The notes beneath the pieces were generated by a model that had not been told where the DNA came from, did not search any database, and worked only from the letters and a program-made list of their open reading frames with translations. Of a stretch of 64,000 nucleotides of DNA, positions 10,609 to 19,126 are shown piece after piece. Both the position numbers and the translations under genes were made by a program. The number at the start of each line of letters is the position of its first letter. The stretch's first letter is position 1. The stretch is from contig AP038806.1 in NCBI GenBank assembly GCA_047150005.1, positions 3,648,001-3,712,000 on the forward strand, given 5' to 3'. This stretch comes from Nitrospira sp. Lineage in GTDB: Bacteria; Nitrospirota; Nitrospiria; Nitrospirales; Nitrospiraceae.

Positions 10609-11694
10609 TCATCTTTCCGGTGTGCCACATAAGCCATAGGCCTGCTCAACTTGTATAGCCACCTGATATCCGTGGTTGGCAAGTAAGTCGAACTCAGCCA
10701 AATCAATTCGGCGCAATGTGGTGGGGAAGTTCGAAGCGAATGTGGCCGATGTACAGGGCAACTGAGCTTCTACAGGTGTCCCAATGTATATGAACGCGCC
10801 ACGTCTAGGGCTCTCCTGGAGATATTTCGAGAAGGTCCGAACACGCAGTGCATGGGACTGGTCTGACATGATGTCAGCGACACGCTTAAGTCGAAACGGA
10901 TTCAGCGAAAAGAAATCGAAACCGGATGGCAAGGGCCGTCCGGCATCGGAGACGATTATAACGCTCCCTGGATGCTTGGCCTTGCTACGTCCTGCATCAA
11001 AGAATGGTTCCAGCCCGAGATTGTCATAGATGCCCCCGTCGTACAGGTGCAGAGTTTTGTACCCGATATTAACGGACTGCTCGGTACCCTTAGGCGCATT
11101 CCATTCCCGTTTTTGCCAGTCGAAGAGTGTGGCGTTTAACTTTAGCGGTCCGAACCCTCCAGGAAAAGCTGCGGAAACTGCCATCGCGCTGGCAAGAGGA
11201 AACTCCCCGGGAGAAGCATATCCTAACTGATAGTCGCCAATGTCGCTTTGCTTGAACCGAAAACGTTTGCCATTCTCGGCCGTCGTAGCATTAATGGACC
11301 ATTCAGGTTTACTCGGCAATTCGGACAGCTTGATCCGGATATTCCATTCTTTTTCGATAGCTAAAGCTAATAGGTTTGCCCGAGAAAAGATGAACGGCAG
11401 GTTTATCGGGTTTAGGAGCTGCCTTAACGCCCCCCACTGAAAGCTCCTTTTGCACAACGTATTACGCAGATTTGGATATACCACCTCAATGAAGTATTCT
11501 GAGGATGGCCATTGGTACTGGTTTGTTTGAAGCATAAGCCCCACAAGCAAGCTGCCACCTGAGACTGTTGAGATTCGCTCGACATGCTCGAGCAAGCGAC
11601 GCTCGGCGAGAAGTCGCATCACGCCAAGATGGAAAACAATTGCTCGGATGCCGCCACCGGATAGAGCAAGCGCAATGCTGGGAGGCGAAGTCAT
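10609..11694 (-). CDS. Patatin-like phospholipase
   Basis: LSGGGIRA, TVSGGS nucleophile, SAAFPG, DGGIYDNLG; ATGA overlap with upstream gene. Confidence 0.92.
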   Translation of the reverse strand: MTSPPSIALALSGGGIRAIVFHLGVMRLLAERRLLEHVERISTVSGGSLLVGLMLQTNQYQWPSSEYFIEVVYPNLRNTLCKRSFQWGALRQLLNPINLPFIFSRANLLALAIEKEWNIRIKLSELPSKPEWSINATTAENGKRFRFKQSDIGDYQLGYASPGEFPLASAMAVSAAFPGGFGPLKLNATLFDWQKREWNAPKGTEQSVNIGYKTLHLYDGGIYDNLGLEPFFDAGRSKAKHPGSVIIVSDAGRPLPSGFDFFSLNPFRLKRVADIMSDQSHALRVRTFSKYLQESPRRGAFIYIGTPVEAQLPCTSATFASNFPTTLRRIDLAEFDLLANHGYQVAIQVEQAYGLCGTPER

Positions 11695-13961
11695 TCTCTC
11701 ATCGTGCCCTGCAGGATCTGGACGTCTTTTTCACCAACTATAAGTTGTACAGCAGGAAACCCATTTTCAGACATTCTGCGCGCGAGATCCACGAGTTGAA
11801 CGAAATCGTCTGTACTCGGCGATGCCGAATGTCTCGGTGGATGACTATGCCATTCGCCAATGTAATCAACAATGCCTGCTGTTCGCCGTGACGCCTCTTG
11901 TACCGCGCCCAATAGACCTTCAACGCCACGTTCGAATGAACGAGGACTGCACTTACTGTCAGGGGGTGCCGGTAGGGCTGCAACCACTACTGTTGCAGAA
12001 ATGTTGAAATCATAGTAGCCCAAGAGAACTCCGCCGGTCTCATTTGGAAAGTTGGCAGTTCTCCACGCTCGGAGTTGTTGCTCAATTGCCTCGTCTATGT
12101 ACAGATTTGTTTCGCCAAACTTTATGCGGTGTTCTTGTGCCAGAGGATAATCATGCACCACTACTGACCCAAGTTGTGGATCGCGCTGCCAAATGCGAAT
12201 CACTGCTTCTGGACAAAGCGATATCAACGGAATCTGTTCTGCCAATATGCCGGCATGGCCCATAATTCTGGAGTAGGGCATCACCATGGATATGTCTCGG
12301 CAGCTAGCACCGCTCCAAAACGAATGGGTTCCATCGAGATGCACCTTGCCCCAAGCTTCCTGAATAAGTGCACGATAGTACTGTGCCTCGATACTTCGGA
12401 GTCTAATACTCCGTTTTTCATCTTCAGCGAGCAAAACAGCCGCGTTGCCGTTTGGAGTAACAAATACCGATAGGTGCCGGCCAATTCCTTCGATATGACT
12501 GGCGCCGCGGGGATATTCGAGAGACGTAGACGCATCAACGATCAAGTGGGCGGTGGTCAATGCATTCATCACAGAAGTCTGAGAAAAATCGGAAGCATCA
12601 GCATGCAGGGGAGTAATGGTGCTGGCACCATGCATTGCTTCCTCATGTAGTGCTGCGACGACCATTGCCTTTGGATGACCAACATGTTGAGCGTAGGCTG
12701 AATGTCTAATTAGGTTATGCGGTTTAATATGGTCCTTATCGATCACAGTCCACCGTCCCCATCCTGAACGACCCCATAGATTCAGCAATGCACTTCCAAG
12801 CGAACCTGCACCGACTAATACTCCAGAGGGACCTTCATCTCCCACGCCTGACTGTCTCCTGCACGAAGCTGTATCATTCCGATAAAGTACCTCCATAGGC
12901 AAGATAGCCTGGTCGCGCCACTCAGTGCTCGAATTTCCACCCAAGAGCCCGGCTGCATTGAAGTACTTTTTAATACTCTTCTTGCCCTCTTGGGCGTTGT
13001 GCGAGAAAAGGGCTCCAATAAGAACGCCAAGTTTCAGCGCGCCAACTCCTACAATAAAAGCTCGGTGTGTGATTCTTTCTGCTGCCTGCCCTTCCGCTCG
13101 CGTCACCGGAATATTAACGATGATGACCGAAAGAACGTCATCTGCAGATTCAAGCACTCCCATTTCTCCAACAAGTTTCGATGAGGCTTCTTTTAGCATT
13201 TGGAGAAAGTCGATCTTCCGGCTTTCAAGAAGATCTGCGAGTTCGCCCAAGTTTGTAGGGTCACTTTCGACACGGCCTTGTACAATGGGAGGAAGGGTAA
13301 ACTCGATAGGTTGAATAGCACCCTTTGGGAGTTGGTTACTTGCAGAGAGGGGTTCAAGAAAGAATGTCACACCTCCGTTGGGACGTTCAGGTCCGCGTGC
13401 GATTACCAGGCGAAGATCTTTATCCATACGGATCTTTTCCAGATTCCAAGGCAGTACCAACTCGTCCTTGCTAACGAAAAACAGACGTTCTACGGGCTGG
13501 TCTGCGGGATGAAGACGGTCCGTAGCACTACTTTCAAGCCACCACTGAATTCGCCGGAGAAAAGTCTGTGGCGTCCACGTTCGAGCAACTGAAGTAGGTG
13601 GCTCGAAATAGAGGCAGAGGCTTCTCGGTGTATTCGGCGGGGTCTGATTCTGATGAATGAGTGCGGGAAAATCTTTCCTAAGAGCGAGGACAATCGCCAA
13701 TTCTTTTGTGTTTTCTGGTACGCATAGAGCCAATCGTTCTTTGTATCTGATACCGTGCGGATTGTTCTTCGGCACTCCATCGGTCTCGACATCTACAACG
13801 ATACATTCAAAGGCGCCATCGCCCATCTGAAATAGTTGAAGGACAGAATAATCTCGCTGCTTCCTTGCCGCAGCAAGGAGATCTCGTGCACGAGGAATTT
13901 TAAGCTGGCTCTCGTCGTCAAGCTCTCGGAGATTGGGAATGGTGTAATATTCTTCTTTCAT
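11691..13961 (-). CDS. Prokaryotic E2 - ThiF/E1 - JAB peptidase triple fusion
   Basis: E2: HQNQ..RSLCLY; E1: GAGSLGS, DKDHIKPHNLIRH; JAB: ETGGVLLG, YIGEWHSHP..SPSTDD; ATG 13961 overlaps MBL stop. Confidence 0.9.
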   Translation of the reverse strand: MKEEYYTIPNLRELDDESQLKIPRARDLLAAARKQRDYSVLQLFQMGDGAFECIVVDVETDGVPKNNPHGIRYKERLALCVPENTKELAIVLALRKDFPALIHQNQTPPNTPRSLCLYFEPPTSVARTWTPQTFLRRIQWWLESSATDRLHPADQPVERLFFVSKDELVLPWNLEKIRMDKDLRLVIARGPERPNGGVTFFLEPLSASNQLPKGAIQPIEFTLPPIVQGRVESDPTNLGELADLLESRKIDFLQMLKEASSKLVGEMGVLESADDVLSVIIVNIPVTRAEGQAAERITHRAFIVGVGALKLGVLIGALFSHNAQEGKKSIKKYFNAAGLLGGNSSTEWRDQAILPMEVLYRNDTASCRRQSGVGDEGPSGVLVGAGSLGSALLNLWGRSGWGRWTVIDKDHIKPHNLIRHSAYAQHVGHPKAMVVAALHEEAMHGASTITPLHADASDFSQTSVMNALTTAHLIVDASTSLEYPRGASHIEGIGRHLSVFVTPNGNAAVLLAEDEKRSIRLRSIEAQYYRALIQEAWGKVHLDGTHSFWSGASCRDISMVMPYSRIMGHAGILAEQIPLISLCPEAVIRIWQRDPQLGSVVVHDYPLAQEHRIKFGETNLYIDEAIEQQLRAWRTANFPNETGGVLLGYYDFNISATVVVAALPAPPDSKCSPRSFERGVEGLLGAVQEASRRTAGIVDYIGEWHSHPPRHSASPSTDDFVQLVDLARRMSENGFPAVQLIVGEKDVQILQGTMRE

Positions 13962-15115
13962 GATCCGGCTCTGGGGGGGCGGGACGTCAAAATGGCTGCA
14001 GCTCCGATGGAGGTTGAGCGTCTCCAAATAATTCCCCCGCTTGTTATCTCAAAGAGAAGAGGTTCTGGCTTCTTGGCGTTGGGTTCTTCCATTGTCACGA
14101 GAAACTTACGGCCGTCAACTTCCTTCAGATGTCTCTCATATGCCTTGCGTGCTTGAATATGTGGAGGTTGAATTTCTTTATAGGATTCTTTCAGGTCAGG
14201 GATGGGTTTACTGGAGCTAACCATATAGGCTTCATTTTTACCTTGCAGTAGCAGATCTTTTACAAGCGGTTTGGGTTCGGTTTCGGTGTCGCCTTTCTCG
14301 TCACTCAAAGCAAGATAACTGCAGTGATGAGGGATGTTATAAAGGTCCCATGCGAGTCGATCGTCATTCTTGTGGTAGCGCGTGGTATTCACGATATCCT
14401 CAATATCGGTCCATTCAGCGTCCCCAACATGGAGATAGTCATAGCTTGCTCCATCAATTAGAAAGCGGATATTGAAGACCAGAGCTGCTGAGTTTCTAAC
14501 GATGTCAACACCATCACAGTGCTTAATGAATGGAGAATGACAAAAGAACTCTACCCCATCGGGCCCTAGAGAAAAGACAGGAACGATGGTTCCGGCATCA
14601 ATAAATAGATGATCACGTGCGTTGGCCGCTTCACCTCGTTCTTTAAGTTTTGGTTCCAGCCACTCCTTGAGTGCATCAGGCTTAGAGAAGACGAGAATGT
14701 CCTTGCCCTCAAGTAGCCGATGTCGCGCTTCCTGACGAAGAATACAAAACTCCTCACTCTGCTCGTCCCTTTCGGCCTCTTCGAGCAACATAGCGGCCGG
14801 AACCCATAGGCACCGAATTTTAATGCGGCCATCACCCTGGTATTTCTCTGCGTGTTGCAGTTCGAAGAACTCAGTGCTGCCCTGAATATGGTCTCGATCC
14901 GCATGCGTGAACGCCGCTACCTCAAAATAGTCCCGCTCGGCTTGCTTCAGTTCTTCTTTAAGTCGCGCATTCAGATCAATTTCTGGCGCTTCGCCGTCTC
15001 CTCCGTTTTGCCGGTGACAGTAATCGAGCAGTATGCGCCGCCCATTTGATAAAACAATTTGGGTGGTGTCGCCATTCCCTACGGGATAGCAGACAATCTT
15101 ATGTGGATCGCTCAT
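13958..15115 (-). CDS. Metallo-beta-lactamase-fold hydrolase (ComEC/Rec2-like) with tail ending PPRAGS
   Basis: PVGNGD, FTHADRDHIQG (HxxxDH), VGDAE, PHHCS; SD AAGGAG. Confidence 0.88.
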   Translation of the reverse strand: MSDPHKIVCYPVGNGDTTQIVLSNGRRILLDYCHRQNGGDGEAPEIDLNARLKEELKQAERDYFEVAAFTHADRDHIQGSTEFFELQHAEKYQGDGRIKIRCLWVPAAMLLEEAERDEQSEEFCILRQEARHRLLEGKDILVFSKPDALKEWLEPKLKERGEAANARDHLFIDAGTIVPVFSLGPDGVEFFCHSPFIKHCDGVDIVRNSAALVFNIRFLIDGASYDYLHVGDAEWTDIEDIVNTTRYHKNDDRLAWDLYNIPHHCSYLALSDEKGDTETEPKPLVKDLLLQGKNEAYMVSSSKPIPDLKESYKEIQPPHIQARKAYERHLKEVDGRKFLVTMEEPNAKKPEPLLFEITSGGIIWRRSTSIGAAAILTSRPPRAGS

Positions 15116-15118
15116 GGT

Positions 15119-15171
15119 GGCTCCTTTCATTATAAGGAGCCCGCGTCAAGGTGAGAGCCAAGAACGCGGGC
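15119..15171 (-). promoter_or_regulatory. Overlapping hairpins, one sequestering the MBL ribosome-binding site
   Basis: GGCTCCTT-7-AAGGAGCC (15119-15141) and GCCCGCGT...ACGCGGGC (15139-15171). Confidence 0.55.
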
Positions 15172-15361
15172 GTAACGTTAGACTAAACCAAACAACTCAT
15201 CCCAGCCGTAATCTATGAGGTGTCGAGCGAGTGTCCAACAGCCTCGCCTCCATTGTGAGTTACTTTGCAAGGAATAACCGATAGCCAACATTGCTAGATT
15301 TGTTCAGCAACAGCGGCCCTTATGCACGTGGTGCTGACCGGATAAGCATCACCTCCTCGAT

Positions 15362-15413
15362 AAAAAAAGCCGTGGACAGAGCCCTGCAATCTATCAGGAC
15401 TCTCCTCCACGGC
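15362..15413 (-). terminator. Intrinsic terminator/attenuator in the MBL operon leader
   Basis: GCCGTGGA...TCCACGGC stem followed by T7 on the minus strand. Confidence 0.65.
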
Positions 15414-15479
15414 CTCACGCCCTTCCGCTTAAGTCTAATGACTCAGCACGGGCTTCTCGCCGATTACTTGAATCGCCTT

Positions 15480-15674
15480 TTACGAATCAAACAACGCCCT
15501 TGGGCGGCCAGACCACCAGCTTGGATAAGGCAGGTGTTTCTTGCATCCAGAGGCAGGGCATTCCAAAAAGTCTTCTCCCCAAACAGTGCATCGGGTGATG
15601 ATTACCACGCGACTGCGAAACTTTACTCTGACGAGCTCCTGTCCGCAGGGACAAGAATAGATACGGTCCTGCAT
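15480..15674 (-). CDS. Small Zn-ribbon protein, Mu Com-like
   Basis: 64 aa; CPCGQELVRV ... ECPASGCKKH; minus-strand TTGACA at 15731-15736 upstream; weak SD. Confidence 0.45.
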   Translation of the reverse strand: MQDRIYSCPCGQELVRVKFRSRVVIITRCTVWGEDFLECPASGCKKHLPYPSWWSGRPRALFDS

Positions 15675-16015
15675 GAGAAAAGACCCTATTACTCAAACCT
15701 GGACTTCTACATATAGCCGTACGGACATTTTGTCAATACCAAATATTGTGGTTTTGGATGTTAAACAATGCACAAGTTGCGGATTTTTAAGAGTTATCAT
15801 TTCACCGAACTCATCGGAACCAGTTATCGAATGACTTGAGGCGCTGCGCGGACGTTAATGTGGCGCGCCATCGCTGAGGAGCATCGGAACACGCCTTACC
15901 GCGATAAAGCCGTTCAGGCCTGTCCGCTGCGAGAGCGCTGTGCTCGCGTTCTCCTTGTGTGTCCCACCCCCGGCTGTTGTGCGGGGTGGGACAACAACAA
16001 TCAAGGAGAAGCACG

Positions 16016-16525
16016 ATGCATCAGGACTCAAAGCAGCAGACAGTCAAGTCAAATCGGCTGTTCACCGAAGTTCGGCCACAGACCAATTATCGAGCACCTC
16101 GATACCGTGTCACATTGATATGCGAAGACGCTGAGCGAGAACCTTCAATGTTGATCCAGGATTCAGCTACTGCTGCGTCTATCCTGAATCCATACTTTGC
16201 TGGCCTCGATCGTGAGCAGTTTCTGGTCTGTGGACTGGATGCCAAACACGGAATTATTGGAGTCAATGTGGTCTCAATTGGCTCATTGACCCTAGCGATC
16301 GTCCATCCGCGCGAGGTTTTCAAACCATTAATACTGATGAATGCATGTGCATGGCTGTGCGCCCATAATCATCCGTCCGGTGATGTAACGCCGAGTTTGG
16401 AGGATCGTGTTTTAACCAAACGCCTGCGGGAAGCCGGTGAACTGTTAGGCATTAGTCTTTTGGACCATCTCATTCTAGCCAACGAGAACAAGTACAGTTT
16501 TGCCGACCAGGGCTGGGCCTTATAG
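16016..16525 (+). CDS. RadC-like JAB domain protein
   Basis: LDREQF, HPREVF, HNHPSG..PS.ED, LLDHLI; SD AAGGAG. Confidence 0.92.
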   Translation: MHQDSKQQTVKSNRLFTEVRPQTNYRAPRYRVTLICEDAEREPSMLIQDSATAASILNPYFAGLDREQFLVCGLDAKHGIIGVNVVSIGSLTLAIVHPREVFKPLILMNACAWLCAHNHPSGDVTPSLEDRVLTKRLREAGELLGISLLDHLILANENKYSFADQGWAL

Positions 16526-16556
16526 CTGGGGTTCATGAGCCTGGACGGATACCTGT

Positions 16557-17384
16557 TCAAGACCACCGTTCTTCTTCTCCGAATTCATCGTCTTCATCAA
16601 GCTCGTCGTCTTGAGATTCGTCAATCCACAGGAGCGAGAGGACAAAACCATAATTCTTGAACCCCTTTGACTGCTCTAAGATTCGAACGCGCGATGACGC
16701 ACGACGATCATCAATCCACGCACCCGTTGGAACTACCCTCATATCGGTTGACAATTGTCCTCCCGAGAAGAAAGCGCTCGCGAGCGAGTTGAAATCAAGC
16801 TTCTTGCCTCGCTCGATGAAGAATCCAAAGTCATCGCTCGCCTTGAACCACTCAATTCGGTCCTCCCTGGAAACAACGATCGCCACACGATGTGGAGAAA
16901 AACCAACATAGCGCAGGGCCGTTGCTTGCAAACTAGTCCTAAACTCGTCCGCAAGATTGTCTATCAAGGCTAGGCTCGGCTCCTCTTTCAAGCAAAACGG
17001 CTTAAACATGACCTCTGGCATTAGCAACTCCGCCGCAAAGAGGTTAGCCAATGTTTCGATGGTTTTGGACTTGTTGTTCCAAGGCTGGAGGTCGTTGTCT
17101 GCGCAAATCATTAATTCCGCGCTGGAGTGATTCAGTTCGAAATGACCGAGCTCGTGCGCAATGGTAAAACGTTCTCTTCCGATTTCAGCAATATCTGCCC
17201 TCACAGAGATGATTCCATGATTCCCTCGTTTTACAAGTCGGCCTTCACACCCCACAAGCCGTTCTCTCCGAACAATGGCCCCTCGCAGTGCAGCCAGCCC
17301 TTCAACATCGATCTCGATGGGCGACCGGAGTTGGTATTCTCTAATCAAACTTCGAGCGCACATTACAGGATCGGCGGCACTCAT
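16557..17384 (-). CDS. ImmA/IrrE-family (DUF955) metallopeptidase
   Basis: RERFTIAHELGH, E..ANLFAAELLMP, LADEFRTS..AT..R. Confidence 0.92.
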   Translation of the reverse strand: MSAADPVMCARSLIREYQLRSPIEIDVEGLAALRGAIVRRERLVGCEGRLVKRGNHGIISVRADIAEIGRERFTIAHELGHFELNHSSAELMICADNDLQPWNNKSKTIETLANLFAAELLMPEVMFKPFCLKEEPSLALIDNLADEFRTSLQATALRYVGFSPHRVAIVVSREDRIEWFKASDDFGFFIERGKKLDFNSLASAFFSGGQLSTDMRVVPTGAWIDDRRASSRVRILEQSKGFKNYGFVLSLLWIDESQDDELDEDDEFGEEERWS

Positions 17385-17830
17385 TTGCGTTCATCTCTTC
17401 CCAGTCGATCAACCCGTTCCAAGTCAGCTAGTAATGTGCGAAGATCGTCTTCTGATTGGTCCTCCAAATTCCTGAAATTCACCGCGAAACCCAATTGTCC
17501 TTGCGCGCTCCATGATTCTTGGATATTTCTTATCTTGCGTTTTATCTCCTCGATAGGGGAGCGAGACTCTTGTATGTCTGCTACTGCCTCAAGAGCTCTA
17601 CTTTGAAGTTCCTTTGCTTCTGCAAAGGTTCTATAGGTGGCTTGTCTTCGAAGATTCTCGATCAACTCCATACCTCTGCGCACTACTTGGTCGGGATCTA
17701 GACCCTCAGCTCGAAGGGCTTCTTCGATATCATCCTCATTCATATTTTCGACATCGCAAAGGAAGTGAGAGATGTTTACCAGCCAGTCTTGTTCTGTCCG
17801 TGCTTGACCTTTTTTCATCTCCTCGCTCAT
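17381..17830 (-). CDS. Hypothetical acidic helical protein (possible anti-sigma / peptidase substrate)
   Basis: 149 aa between sigma-like gene and peptidase; ATGA overlap with peptidase. Confidence 0.7.
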   Translation of the reverse strand: MSEEMKKGQARTEQDWLVNISHFLCDVENMNEDDIEEALRAEGLDPDQVVRRGMELIENLRRQATYRTFAEAKELQSRALEAVADIQESRSPIEEIKRKIRNIQESWSAQGQLGFAVNFRNLEDQSEDDLRTLLADLERVDRLGRDERK

Positions 17831-17851
17831 TGGCTTACTCCGGTAGGGGGA

Positions 17852-18523
17852 TCAGAGCCCCATCTCATCGCAGATCTTCTTGTGAATTCGTCTCAGCTTC
17901 TTTTGGGCGTTATAAATATCTTTAATGGGAATCTTGGTATGTTGCGAAATGTCCCGCGGTTTAGAGAGACCGTCCATCGTGGACTCCAGGATCGCATTCA
18001 TGGCTGCGTCACCTTGCGCGGCCTCAAGGAGTCGATCCACAATGACCTTAGCCTGCCGTGCTCTATCCGAAGCTTCTTCATTTTCAATGAGGAGGTCTTC
18101 CTGATTACGTTGCTCACGACAAATGTGCGCTGCGTGCTTCAAATCTGACGAAGCTGGAACTGGCTCAATAGTGCCTCCAGGGGTATGCGGATCGTTCCTG
18201 AACGGCTCAACCAACGTGTTGTCCTTTGATCGGACCAGTTTGGCGTAGAAGCTCGGCAAGACCGACTCTTTCATGAATTTCACAAAATCCGGATGCGTGT
18301 CAGGATCCCAGGTCCAGTTATTCTCGAAGATCTTCTTGAGGCACTCGTGCACCACGTCTTCAGCACTCAAGCCCTTGGCGAGGAAGTCAGGATCTGGCGA
18401 GCGCCAATATCGACGCCTCGCTAGGCCTATTGAAACGACCACCAGCTCGGGAATGACTTTCTTCCAGTCGATCTCCCCGAGTTTCCTCCTGACTTTCTCC
18501 GGAAGCGACTTTGGTGTTTCCAA
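17852..18523 (-). CDS. ECF-like sigma-70 family factor
   Basis: Region-2-like AEDVVHECLKKIF; region-4 HTH DGLSKPRDISQHTKIPIKDIYNAQKKLRR; TTG start. Confidence 0.65.
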   Translation of the reverse strand: METPKSLPEKVRRKLGEIDWKKVIPELVVVSIGLARRRYWRSPDPDFLAKGLSAEDVVHECLKKIFENNWTWDPDTHPDFVKFMKESVLPSFYAKLVRSKDNTLVEPFRNDPHTPGGTIEPVPASSDLKHAAHICREQRNQEDLLIENEEASDRARQAKVIVDRLLEAAQGDAAMNAILESTMDGLSKPRDISQHTKIPIKDIYNAQKKLRRIHKKICDEMGL

Positions 18524-18865
18524 TCAGTACCCCGCACGAATATCTCGCCGCCTCTGTATCAGATATTGTCGCTGCTCCTCAAGAATTCGCCACCTCCGTC
18601 CTCTCAAAGACCTCTGTTTCGTGAAGCGGTCAACAGCCGCCCGCGCAACCTATTGATTGTCCGCATAAATATGCGAGCCAAAAAAATTTCATTCCCTCAT
18701 GGCGAAAAGGCCAAGTCGCCGACAAATCAATCTAGAGGGTACGGCACGGCAGCTCACAGAGGAGCTGGTGCATACTTGAATGGACTGCATGGCGACGAGG
18801 CATCCAACAAGGCGTCCCTACACTGTTGGTGCGGTCAATGCAGCCGATTACGAGAGGAGAAACCC

Positions 18866-19126
18866 ATGAACGAAGAGCATGGTCACGAGAAAACGTTCAC
18901 AATTATTGTGAACGGACGAAAGAAAGAAGTAGCAACAAAGGAGTTGTCATACGCCGACATCGTCAATTTGGCCTACGACAACAACCCACCGACGGGGCCG
19001 AACATCGTCATCACCGTCACCTTCAAAAAAGGCGAGGGCGACAAGCAAGGTACTTTGCTGCCGGGAGACACAATCAAGATCAAGGATGGAATGATTTTCA
19101 ATGTCACAGCAACTGATAAGTCGTAG
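18866..19126 (+). CDS. Multi-ubiquitin-family ubiquitin-like (beta-grasp) protein
   Basis: 86 aa; FTIIVNGRKKEV..LSY..IV.LA..VTF..G.L.PG..IKIKDGMIFNV; SD GAGGAG. Confidence 0.85.
   Translation: MNEEHGHEKTFTIIVNGRKKEVATKELSYADIVNLAYDNNPPTGPNIVITVTFKKGEGDKQGTLLPGDTIKIKDGMIFNVTATDKS

Noticed and set aside
10609..15115. Canonical CBASS or Pycsar
   Set aside because: No CD-NTase or cyclase motif found in or near the operon
15320..15349. 9-aa leader peptide MLIRSAPRA
   Set aside because: ATG overlaps the SD-like sequence, so spacing is unsuitable; unsupported
15291..15716. 141-aa plus-strand ORF
   Set aside because: No motif or SD; overlaps the minus-strand leader structures
18566..18865. N-terminal extension of the Ubl ORF
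   Set aside because: Strong SD and domain start favour ATG 18866
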